DNA of 20,625 nt from assembly GCA_039801885.1 (NCBI GenBank), contig JBDRVN010000033.1, forward strand, positions 1 through 20,625, read 5' to 3'. This DNA comes from a candidate division WOR-3 bacterium. GTDB taxonomy: Bacteria > Hydrothermota > Tepidihabitantia > Tepidihabitantales > DTDR01. The notes under the pieces were generated by a model, which ran no database searches, was not told where the DNA came from, and worked only from the letters and a program-made list of their open reading frames with translations. Positions 10,117 through 17,977 of this stretch are shown here, piece by piece. The position numbers were made by a program, and so were the translations under genes. Numbering within the stretch: position 1 is the first letter of the stretch; each line of letters starts with the position of its first letter.

Positions 10117-10505
10117 TTTTCTAACGGAACTTCCGAGATATAAACTTTATCTAAATCTCCTTTCTCATCAAAGATAAAAATTACCTGCCAACCAGCAATA
10201 TCTATTGGATTGGGTTTAAAGGCAAAATAGCGTAGTAAATATTTTTTATTTAACGAATCATAGGCAAAAAATTTAAATTCAAAATTACTTTCTTTAGGAA
10301 GAGAAAAAAATTTTTGGCATAGTTCTTTTAGATAGTTAGGATTTTTTATGAAATAATTATGCCATTTTTTTATTTTCTCATTATTAATATTATTAACAAT
10401 AACAAAGTAATCTTCATAATAATTTAAAACTGTCTTTCTTTTTGCTTCTTTTAAATAATTCCTACTACAACTAAAAAAGAGAAGAAAAATTAAAAGAATT
10501 TTCAT
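10113..10505 (-). CDS. hypothetical lipoprotein
   Basis: MKILLIFLLFFS-C lipobox-like signal from ATG 10505; its stop overlaps the GT start (ATGA). Confidence 0.7.
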   Translation of the reverse strand: MKILLIFLLFFSCSRNYLKEAKRKTVLNYYEDYFVIVNNINNEKIKKWHNYFIKNPNYLKELCQKFFSLPKESNFEFKFFAYDSLNKKYLLRYFAFKPNPIDIAGWQVIFIFDEKGDLDKVYISEVPLEK

Positions 10506-10515
10506 TTCAATATAA

Positions 10516-10544
10516 ATTATGATAATTCTTTTTTTAAATTTCAA
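10516..10544 (-). promoter_or_regulatory. putative sigma70 promoter of lipoprotein-GT
   Basis: TTGAAA (10544-10539), 17 bp spacer, CATAAT (10521-10516). Confidence 0.45.
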
Positions 10545-10550
10545 GAACAA

Positions 10551-10579
10551 TTGATTTTTCAAAAAATCTTTCTTATAAT
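10551..10579 (+). promoter_or_regulatory. sigma70 promoter, probable leaderless transcript
   Basis: TTGATT (10551-10556), 17 bp spacer, TATAAT (10574-10579), 5 nt before ATG 10585. Confidence 0.72.
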
Positions 10580-10584
10580 AAAAA

Positions 10585-11898
10585 ATGATATTTCTTATTA
10601 TTTTTCTTTTTAATCAAGTGAATGAAGTTTGGCGATACAATTATAATGGTGGCAGAAATGATTTTGGTTATTTTATATCTTTTGATAAAAATTATGAAAT
10701 CATTGCCTGTGGTTTAACAGAAAATGAAAGTGGTAATTATGATATTATTTTATTTAAAATTAGTCCGGATGGTCAATTGCGATGGTTAAGAAAATTTGAG
10801 ACGCAAGGAAACGAAGGAGTTTCCGGGATAACAATTGATAACGAAAACTCAATATATATTGCTGGTGCTACTTTTTCTAATAACAATAATTGGGATTATC
10901 TCATTTTAAAATATGATTCCTTAGGTAACCTCTGTTGGCAAAGGACTTTTGGCAGCAGCGGTTATGATTACGCTAAGGATATTATTATTGATGCATTTGA
11001 TAATATTTATATTACTGGAATAATGGAATTTTCTTATCTTACGAATGTCGGTACTTATAAATTAAATAAAAATGGTGAAGTAATTTGGTTTCGCAACCAT
11101 TACGAAAATAACAGTTTAGCCAACTGGGGAGAGAGAATTATTTATGAAAAAAGAGGAAATATTTTTATTACCGGCTCGGTAGATTTTTCGATCAGCGGTA
11201 GCGATGTTTTAACTATTAAGTACGATACTTTAGGTAATTTCTATTGGTCAAAAATCTACTCAACAACTGATTACAACGAATGGGGAAAGGTTATTGGCAT
11301 TGATAGCGTTCAAAATATTTTGGTAAGTGGTTATAATTATAATCCGGCAACCGGTGAAGATTGGGTATTGTTAAAATATGACCAAAATAGCCGAACGCTT
11401 TTCCAAAGAAGATATGGAAGACCTTATACTGACGATGAGATAAAAAGTATGGCAATTGATGAAAATAATAATTTTTATATTACCGGTTTTATCAATTCTT
11501 ATTTTGTTATCAATAAATTCAGTACCGTTGGACAACTTGTTTGGGAAAGAATTATTGACGGTGGCTATGGAAATAAAATTATCTATTACCAAAACTATCT
11601 CTATGCTATCGGTAGTAATAATGACTTTTTAACAGTAAAATATGACAAAGAAGGCAATGAAATCTGGCGGATTACTGGTAATGCCGGATTTTTTAGCGAA
11701 GGAAATGATATTATTATAAGAAATAATGAAATTTATGTAATTGGCACAGATAGTCAAGATATTCTGATTATCAAATATCAAGAGAGTTCTGGTATCAAAG
11801 AAGAGATAAAAATCAAAAAAGAACTAAAATCTTTTGATATTCTTGGTCGAAAAGTAAAATTAAAAAATCCTTTTCAAATTTATTTTAATATAAAATAA
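10585..11898 (+). CDS. secreted SBBP-like beta-propeller repeat protein with short T9SS-like C-tail
   Basis: About 7 repeats of ID..N.IYITG.....D..++KYD..G...W; short hydrophobic N-terminus; tail SGIKEE...FDILGRKV...IYF. Confidence 0.8.
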   Translation: MIFLIIFLFNQVNEVWRYNYNGGRNDFGYFISFDKNYEIIACGLTENESGNYDIILFKISPDGQLRWLRKFETQGNEGVSGITIDNENSIYIAGATFSNNNNWDYLILKYDSLGNLCWQRTFGSSGYDYAKDIIIDAFDNIYITGIMEFSYLTNVGTYKLNKNGEVIWFRNHYENNSLANWGERIIYEKRGNIFITGSVDFSISGSDVLTIKYDTLGNFYWSKIYSTTDYNEWGKVIGIDSVQNILVSGYNYNPATGEDWVLLKYDQNSRTLFQRRYGRPYTDDEIKSMAIDENNNFYITGFINSYFVINKFSTVGQLVWERIIDGGYGNKIIYYQNYLYAIGSNNDFLTVKYDKEGNEIWRITGNAGFFSEGNDIIIRNNEIYVIGTDSQDILIIKYQESSGIKEEIKIKKELKSFDILGRKVKLKNPFQIYFNIK

Positions 11899-13133
11899 AC
11901 TCCCAAAGGTAAGGAAGAACAATTTTCCACTTCCCTTCCTAAAGGATTATAGATTTTATATTTTTTAAAGGCAAAAGATTTTTTAGAAAGGATAATTTTT
12001 TTCGGAAGGAGAGAAGACTTTTTATTTATATCTTCTTTTATACTACTGTAATAAACATAACTGCCAAAGATTTCGTAATTGCCATTAATATTTTTTTGAT
12101 AAACACACCAAATACAGGTTGAACCCATTGCGGTAAGTGTTGGTTTTTCGCAGGTAAAAGTAGTATCTACCGGAGTAAATTGAGAGGCATACCAAAAATG
12201 GGAATAAATTTTATTTTCTCTCTGCCAAACAATTATATAAGGCATTAGATTAAAAACGGGAACATCAAAAATTAAAATCGATGGATAAATATCTACAATA
12301 TCAGTATCATTAGTAATATTGTAATGAAGGTTAAAAGTATCATAGGCCGTTTTAAAAATATCTTGTGTCTCATTATTATACCAAACAATAATTACTCCGC
12401 TAGGATAAAAAAGAGAATTGCTATTAATTTCAATATTATAATTATGCCCAGAGGTACAAACTGCTGCTGGTTGTGTCCAATTACCATTAATATATTCACT
12501 ATAATAAATATGAGAAAAACATCTTGACCATTTATACCAGATTACGATTGGATGATTATATCTAATAGTTATTTTTGGTTCAGCAAAGAATCCGCCTTGC
12601 GCAATAATAATGCTGTCAGACCATTCTTCGCCATTATAAAATTTACTTAGAATAAAAGAACTATCTTCCCAACTTTCCCAAATAACCCAAACGGTATCTC
12701 TTACACAAAAAATAGTCGGATTTTTATCATCTCTATTTGATGAGTTTGTTAACCGATAGGGAGGAGAAAAACCATTATTTGGTTCACCGGAAGTTACAAA
12801 AATTTCCCAATTATTATCTAAATTCTTTTGCCAAGCAACCCAAACTTTATCTCTTATCTCATCGTAAGTAACAACCGGATTTTCATTACTATAAATTGAA
12901 TCGTCCGTTACTCTTACCTCCGGTCTCCATTCTCCTACCTGTACAGAAAAACGAGCAAAAATATTATATAAATTACCTTCTTCCCTTTGCCAAACAACAC
13001 AAGTGTAAGAAAAAGGATTCCAGAGACGACAAACCTGGGGATTTATATCATTTAATGGATTTTGGGAAATATTAATTGGCGTTGTCCAAGAAAAGATTAA
13101 AAAAGGAAATACTAAATAAATAATATATTTCAT
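11880..13133 (-). CDS. secreted repeat (probable beta-propeller) protein with T9SS-like C-tail
   Basis: Signal peptide; repeats of P.+......+VW.......+IF..; tail SSIKED...IYNPLGREV...GVYF. Confidence 0.75.
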   Translation of the reverse strand: MKYIIYLVFPFLIFSWTTPINISQNPLNDINPQVCRLWNPFSYTCVVWQREEGNLYNIFARFSVQVGEWRPEVRVTDDSIYSNENPVVTYDEIRDKVWVAWQKNLDNNWEIFVTSGEPNNGFSPPYRLTNSSNRDDKNPTIFCVRDTVWVIWESWEDSSFILSKFYNGEEWSDSIIIAQGGFFAEPKITIRYNHPIVIWYKWSRCFSHIYYSEYINGNWTQPAAVCTSGHNYNIEINSNSLFYPSGVIIVWYNNETQDIFKTAYDTFNLHYNITNDTDIVDIYPSILIFDVPVFNLMPYIIVWQRENKIYSHFWYASQFTPVDTTFTCEKPTLTAMGSTCIWCVYQKNINGNYEIFGSYVYYSSIKEDINKKSSLLPKKIILSKKSFAFKKYKIYNPLGREVENCSSLPLGVYFILK

Positions 13134-13136
13134 AAT

Positions 13137-13523
13137 TTAAAACTCTTTTATCCCTTCTTTACCCGAGTCAATCACTTCTTTTAAAAGCTCCTCCAAAGGT
13201 TTTTTATCTTTATAGGCGAAAAATTTTATTAAGGAAGGTAGATTAAAACCACAAACCAATCTTATATTTTCGTTTTCTTTTTTTAATTCTGTCGCGGCTT
13301 GGGCACAACTGCCATGAATAATATCAGTAAAAATTATTATATTTTTTTTATTCAACCTTCTAATTTCCTCGGCTAATTTATTTTTCAGTTCCTCAAAAGA
13401 TAATCCTTCATTAGTTAAAAAAATTGTGTCTTCTAAAACTCCGAACATTTTTTCTAATATCCTTTGATAACCAAAAGCTAATTGACTATGGGTAAGGATA
13501 ACAGTACCAATTTCGCTCATCAT
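13137..13523 (-). CDS. PTS mannose/fructose-class EIIA protein
   Basis: VILTH phospho-His motif, IIFTDIIHGS, GFNLP motifs; follows hprK. Confidence 0.88.
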   Translation of the reverse strand: MMSEIGTVILTHSQLAFGYQRILEKMFGVLEDTIFLTNEGLSFEELKNKLAEEIRRLNKKNIIIFTDIIHGSCAQAATELKKENENIRLVCGFNLPSLIKFFAYKDKKPLEELLKEVIDSGKEGIKEF

Positions 13524-14512
13524 TCAATATCGTCGGTTATAAACTGGTCAACTTGCGGTTTTCCTAATAATATCCTGTTTAACTCTTCGTAAAAGGTTTT
13601 CGCCGGATGATAACCTAAAATTTTGGAAAGATGATTTTTGGCAATTACTTCACAAACTAAAGCCAGGTTTTTACCCGGAATAACCGGAATTCTTACCAAA
13701 GGAATTTTCACATCCAAAATTTCCGTATATTGGTCTTCTAAACCCAATCTTTCATAATCGCTATCTTTTTTATATTTTACCAATTCAACAACCACTTCAA
13801 TTCTTTTTTGAATTCTTAATGCCCGCACGCCAAAAAGGCTATAAATGTCCACAATCCCTACGCCCCTAATCTCAATATGATGTTGTAATTTGGGACTCTT
13901 TGCTGCGCTGTAGCCCATCAAAATTCCCTCTCCCCTTTTTAAAATTTTTACTAAATCATCCGCCACTAAACGATGTCCTCTTGCCACTAAATCTAAGGCG
14001 CATTCACTTTTACCAATTCCTGATTCACCAATAATTAATAAGCCAATTCCATAGACATCGACCAAATCACCGTGAAGATAAGTTTCCGGTGCTAATTTAT
14101 AATCAAGATAAGAGGTGAGCCGATGGATAAAATAAGTAGTATGTAAATCAGTTTTTAGAATCGGAACTTTATATTTTTTACTATAAGGGATAAAATCTTT
14201 TACCACTTCATTTTCGTGAGTAAAAATAAAAACTGGCGGCTGGAATTTCATCACTCTTTCAATTGCCTCTTCTCTCTTTCTTTTTTCTAAGGTCACTAAA
14301 TATCCCACCTCTGTTCTTCCCATAATTTGTATCCTTTCTGATAGAAAAATTTCAGTATAACCAGCTAAAGCCAAACCCGGACGATTAATATCAGCACTAA
14401 CTATCTCCCGCTCTTCTATGCCGTCCTCAGTGATCAATTTTAAATTCAGATCCCCTTTCTTCTCGGAATATAGTTCAGTAACTTTTATTTTCTTAGTTAT
14501 TACTTCGCTCAT
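13520..14512 (-). CDS. hprK: HPr(Ser) kinase/phosphorylase
   Basis: INRPGLALAG, LHG, GESGIGKSECALDL, GHRLVADD, IEIRGVGIVDI motifs. Confidence 0.97.
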   Translation of the reverse strand: MSEVITKKIKVTELYSEKKGDLNLKLITEDGIEEREIVSADINRPGLALAGYTEIFLSERIQIMGRTEVGYLVTLEKRKREEAIERVMKFQPPVFIFTHENEVVKDFIPYSKKYKVPILKTDLHTTYFIHRLTSYLDYKLAPETYLHGDLVDVYGIGLLIIGESGIGKSECALDLVARGHRLVADDLVKILKRGEGILMGYSAAKSPKLQHHIEIRGVGIVDIYSLFGVRALRIQKRIEVVVELVKYKKDSDYERLGLEDQYTEILDVKIPLVRIPVIPGKNLALVCEVIAKNHLSKILGYHPAKTFYEELNRILLGKPQVDQFITDDIE

Positions 14513-14811
14513 CTTCTTTTTGCATTCTTTTCAACCAATTTTTCGTGATGTTTTTTTAGTTGACTAATTAATTTATTTAATGTCTCATTCACCGCTAATC
14601 CCAATTCCGGATTTTGCACCTTGGCATTAATTATTCCGGTTTTCAATTTTACTTTCCCTTCGCTAATAAAATAATTAGAATCCTTCGAGAGGGAAAGGGT
14701 AAAATCAAGAATAAGCTCGGTAAATTTTTCAAACTTTTTCTTCTTTTTCTCAACCAAAGAAAATAAAGTTTCCGGTATTTCAAAATGACGAGAAGTAATA
14801 TTTATTTTCAT
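14509..14811 (-). CDS. hpf: ribosome hibernation promoting factor (short form)
   Basis: MKINITSRHFE N-terminus and KL..QLKKH tail; SD GGAGG at 14820-14816; hpf-hprK synteny. Confidence 0.85.
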   Translation of the reverse strand: MKINITSRHFEIPETLFSLVEKKKKKFEKFTELILDFTLSLSKDSNYFISEGKVKLKTGIINAKVQNPELGLAVNETLNKLISQLKKHHEKLVEKNAKRR

Positions 14812-14828
14812 TTTTCCTCCTATTATAA

Positions 14829-14857
14829 AGAATAACATAAAATTTATAAAATGTCAA
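14829..14857 (-). promoter_or_regulatory. putative sigma70 promoter of hpf operon
   Basis: TTGACA (14857-14852), 17 bp spacer, TATTCT (14834-14829). Confidence 0.6.
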
Positions 14858-14879
14858 TAATTTAAAAACTTTGTTAAAT

Positions 14880-14908
14880 TTGACTTTTATTAATTTTTTT
14901 ATTATAAT
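14880..14908 (+). promoter_or_regulatory. sigma70 promoter, probable leaderless iscU transcript
   Basis: TTGACT (14880-14885), 17 bp spacer, TATAAT (14903-14908), 6 nt before ATG 14915. Confidence 0.8.
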
Positions 14909-14914
14909 GAATTA

Positions 14915-15301
14915 ATGTATTCAGAAAAAGTAATGGAGCACTTTTTAAATCCCCGGAATGTTGGCGAAATTCCGGATGCTGATGGCATTGGCGAAGTTGG
15001 TAATCCGGTTTGCGGCGATATGATGACTTTTTATATTAAAATAAAAGATAACATTCTGGTAGATGTGAAGTATAAAACCTTTGGCTGTGGTGCGGCAATC
15101 GCTGTTGCCAGTATGGTTTCGGAAATGGCAAAGGGTAAGACAATTGAAGAAGCATTAAAGATAACTAATGAAATGGTTGCGAAGGAACTCGGTGGCTTAC
15201 CACCCCATAAAATGCACTGTTCTAATTTGGGTGCTGATGCCTTACACAAAGCAATTGAAGATTATTTAAAAAAGAAGGGGAAAAATGAAAGAAAAGAATG
15301 A
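14915..15301 (+). CDS. iscU: IscU/NifU-type Fe-S cluster scaffold
   Basis: YSEKVMEHFLNPRNVG, NPVCGD, FGCG, LPPHKMHCS with three conserved Cys. Confidence 0.95.
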   Translation: MYSEKVMEHFLNPRNVGEIPDADGIGEVGNPVCGDMMTFYIKIKDNILVDVKYKTFGCGAAIAVASMVSEMAKGKTIEEALKITNEMVAKELGGLPPHKMHCSNLGADALHKAIEDYLKKKGKNERKE

Positions 15302-15449
15302 TTGCCATTGTCCTTTTTGTAATCAGGAATTAGCCGAAGAAAATATATTTTGTAAGACTTGCCAAATTGAATTTAAAAAATGTCCGCTTTGTGAAAGGTT
15401 AATTCCCAAACCAACAAAAGAATGTCCTTATTGTTATTACCAATTTTAA
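15285..15449 (+). CDS. 54-aa double zinc-ribbon-like protein (4x CxxC), absent from the ORF track
   Basis: MKEKNDCHCPFCNQELAEENIFCKTCQIEFKKCPLCERLIPKPTKECPYCYYQF*; SD-like AAGGGG upstream; overlaps the iscU end by 17 nt. Confidence 0.82.
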   Translation: MKEKNDCHCPFCNQELAEENIFCKTCQIEFKKCPLCERLIPKPTKECPYCYYQF

Positions 15450-16078
15450 ATTAATTTGGGAATTAACAAGAAAACCTTTGGCTCTTTGTAATATTTTATT
15501 ATTATTCTGTTTTCATATCTTGCTTCATAAAAAATTATAAGAATTCCTAAAGGTAAAAAAAGGAAACCAAGACCCGAAGAAAAAGTAAAAGGAATACTTA
15601 TTAATTGAATTAAAGTTGCTAAATATCGAGGTTGGCTAATTTTTTTATAGATTACTTTTTGGGGCAGCTCTTTTAAGGGATTTGTCAGAGCTATTAAAAG
15701 GGTAACAATCCGCAATATTGTGCCAATAAAAAAGATAATTAAACCAAAAATATTTATTCCTAACTTTAGAAATTCTAACTGGGAAAAATGGTAATAGCAA
15801 TAATCAACACCATTAAGAATTAAAAAGGGATAAAAATAAAGGGAATAAATAATCCTTAAACATTGATGATACTCAACAATTCCCGATTGAAAAAAGGGCG
15901 AAGAAAAATAGTATTCAATAATCATCCAAAAAGAAAGAGTAATAAAAAAGATTATCGGAATTAAAGCACCTTTTGCAAGAGAAGAAAGAAATAGATTTTT
16001 AAAAAAATGAAAGAAATAGATAAATAAAAATAAACACCAAACCAATTTCCCCCATTTTAATTTTTTATTGAAATTCAT
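15446..16078 (-). CDS. membrane protein, ICMT/PEMT methyltransferase-like (divergent)
   Basis: Multiple TM helices; IYKKISQPRY resembles Y..+RHP.Y, followed by a C-terminal E...E/Y/P pattern; ATGA-type overlap with accC. Confidence 0.55.
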   Translation of the reverse strand: MNFNKKLKWGKLVWCLFLFIYFFHFFKNLFLSSLAKGALIPIIFFITLSFWMIIEYYFSSPFFQSGIVEYHQCLRIIYSLYFYPFLILNGVDYCYYHFSQLEFLKLGINIFGLIIFFIGTILRIVTLLIALTNPLKELPQKVIYKKISQPRYLATLIQLISIPFTFSSGLGFLFLPLGILIIFYEARYENRIIIKYYKEPKVFLLIPKLI

Positions 16079-17409
16079 TTTAGAGGTTCTTTTAATCTTT
16101 CGGTAATTTTGTAATATTCTCCTCTTAAAAAACTTTCGTCTTCTAAAATTTTGATTAGGAAATCTTTGTTAGTTTTTATTCCACTAATTTCGGTCTCTTT
16201 CAAAGTCATAATTAATCTAATCATTGCTTCTTCTCGGTTTTTACCCCAGGCAATAAATTTTGCTAAAAGAGAATCGTAATAAGGAGGAATCACATAGTTC
16301 TCGTAGATATGGGTATCAATCCTCACAAAGGGATAAAAAGGTAAATAGAGTTTTTCAATTTTGCCCGGAAAGGGAGTAAAATTGTTTTCCGGGTCGCAGG
16401 CATTTAATCGGGCTTCAATCGCAAAACCATTGCCTTCAATAATCTTAGAAGATAAGTTTCGACCATCAGCAATTTTTATCTGTTCTTTTACCAAGTCTAT
16501 TCCGGTTACCATTTCGGTTACCGGATGTTCTACTTGGATTCGGGTATTTACTTCCATAAAATAAAAATCGTCGTAGTAAAGAAATTCAAAAGTTCCCGCA
16601 CTCCGGTATTTTATCTCTGAAGAAAAATTTAATATCTTTTCTTGTACCTCTTTTATTTTTTCTACCGGAATATTTAAAACCGGACTTTTCTCAATTATCT
16701 TTTGATGGCGAAATTGGATTGTACAATCTCTAGGCGGAAATACCCAAACTCCTCCTTTGCCATCGCCCAAAATTTGAAATTCAATATGCCTCACCGGATT
16801 TAAATACTTCTCAATGTAAACCCGGTCATCAAGAAAGGCATTTTTTGCTTCTAATCTTACGGTATCAAAATTATTTAAAAGTTCCTCTTCACTTTTTATC
16901 AATTTCATTCCTTTACCACCGCCACCAGCTGCTGCTTTTAAAAGGATTGGGTAGCCGATCTCTTTGGCAATTTTTTTGGCTTCGTTCTCATTCCTCACCA
17001 TATCTTCGGAACCAGAAATTACCTTTAAATTATATTTTTTTGCCATTTTCTTTGCTTCCAATTTGTCACCAAAAAGTCTAATAGTTTCTGAGGTGGGACC
17101 GATAAAAATTATCTTCATCTCCTCACAGGCATCAGCAAAATCGGTTGATTCGGACAAGAATCCGTAACCCGGATGAATAGCATCGGAATTAGTTATTTCG
17201 CAGGTAGAAAGAATCCGCGAGGAAATAAGGTAACTTTCTTGGGGCGGTCCTTTACCAATACAAACTTTTTCATCAGCCAATTTAACTCCCAAACTTTCTT
17301 TATCCGCCTCCGAATAAACAATTACTGTTTTTAATCCCAGTTCTTTAGCTGCCCGAATAATTCTAACAGCAATTTCTCCCCGATTAGCAATTAATATTTT
17401 TTTAATCAT
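16075..17409 (-). CDS. accC: biotin carboxylase
   Basis: ILIANRGEIA, IHPGYGFLSE, KAAAGGGGKGM, RHQK, FMEVNTRIQVEH, YYDSLLAK motifs. Confidence 0.95.
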   Translation of the reverse strand: MIKKILIANRGEIAVRIIRAAKELGLKTVIVYSEADKESLGVKLADEKVCIGKGPPQESYLISSRILSTCEITNSDAIHPGYGFLSESTDFADACEEMKIIFIGPTSETIRLFGDKLEAKKMAKKYNLKVISGSEDMVRNENEAKKIAKEIGYPILLKAAAGGGGKGMKLIKSEEELLNNFDTVRLEAKNAFLDDRVYIEKYLNPVRHIEFQILGDGKGGVWVFPPRDCTIQFRHQKIIEKSPVLNIPVEKIKEVQEKILNFSSEIKYRSAGTFEFLYYDDFYFMEVNTRIQVEHPVTEMVTGIDLVKEQIKIADGRNLSSKIIEGNGFAIEARLNACDPENNFTPFPGKIEKLYLPFYPFVRIDTHIYENYVIPPYYDSLLAKFIAWGKNREEAMIRLIMTLKETEISGIKTNKDFLIKILEDESFLRGEYYKITERLKEPLK

Positions 17410-17966
17410 AAGACCCTTTCCACATAACTATTTGTCCTCGTATCAATCCTTACATAATCACCTACTTCCACAAAGAAAGGAACATCAATCACTAAACCCG
17501 TAGAAAGTTTTGCCGGCTTAGAAGAACCGGACATAGTATCTCCTTTAAAAGCGGCTTGAGTCTCTACCACTGGCAACACAACAAAAGTAGGCACTTCAAT
17601 ATTTACCGGTTTCCCTTGGAGATAAAGAATAGTAATTTCTAAATTCTCGGTAAGATAATAAATCCGATCACCAAGCACCTCTTTGAAGAAAGAGAGCATT
17701 TCATAAGTTTCTAAATCCATAAAATAATAATTATCCCCTTCTCGATAAAGAAATTGCCCTTTTTTCCTATCTACCTCAATTTCTTCAAAGGTCTCGTCGG
17801 AATCGAAATTCTTTTCAATAACTTGACCAGTTGTTAAATTTTTCAATTTGGTCTTCACAAAAGCCCTTCTTTGGGCAATCTTTATTCTCTGGTATTCAAT
17901 TACTTCATAATAACCATCCTCTAATTTAATAATTGTTCCAAAACGAAAATCATTTGGTGTAATCAT
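17406..17966 (-). CDS. efp: elongation factor P (non-canonical tip loop)
   Basis: NDFR.G, AFVKTKLKNL.TG, FMD.ETYE, KGDT...KPA.L.TG..+.VP.FV..GD..+DTR...YVER; SD AAGGAGG. Confidence 0.97.
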   Translation of the reverse strand: MITPNDFRFGTIIKLEDGYYEVIEYQRIKIAQRRAFVKTKLKNLTTGQVIEKNFDSDETFEEIEVDRKKGQFLYREGDNYYFMDLETYEMLSFFKEVLGDRIYYLTENLEITILYLQGKPVNIEVPTFVVLPVVETQAAFKGDTMSGSSKPAKLSTGLVIDVPFFVEVGDYVRIDTRTNSYVERVL

Positions 17967-17977
17967 CTTTCCCTCCT

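Noticed and set aside
10506..10562. Longer start of the lipoprotein ORF (and likewise 14812-14838 for hpf)
   Set aside because: These extensions run through promoter or SD sequence; the downstream ATGs give a proper lipobox and a proper HPF N-terminus.
9056..17167. Short nested or antisense ORFs (9056-9265, 11371-11592, 12324-12527, 15031-15249, 16361-16564, 16845-17081, 16964-17167)
   Set aside because: All lie within well-supported genes and show no recognisable motifs or initiation signals.
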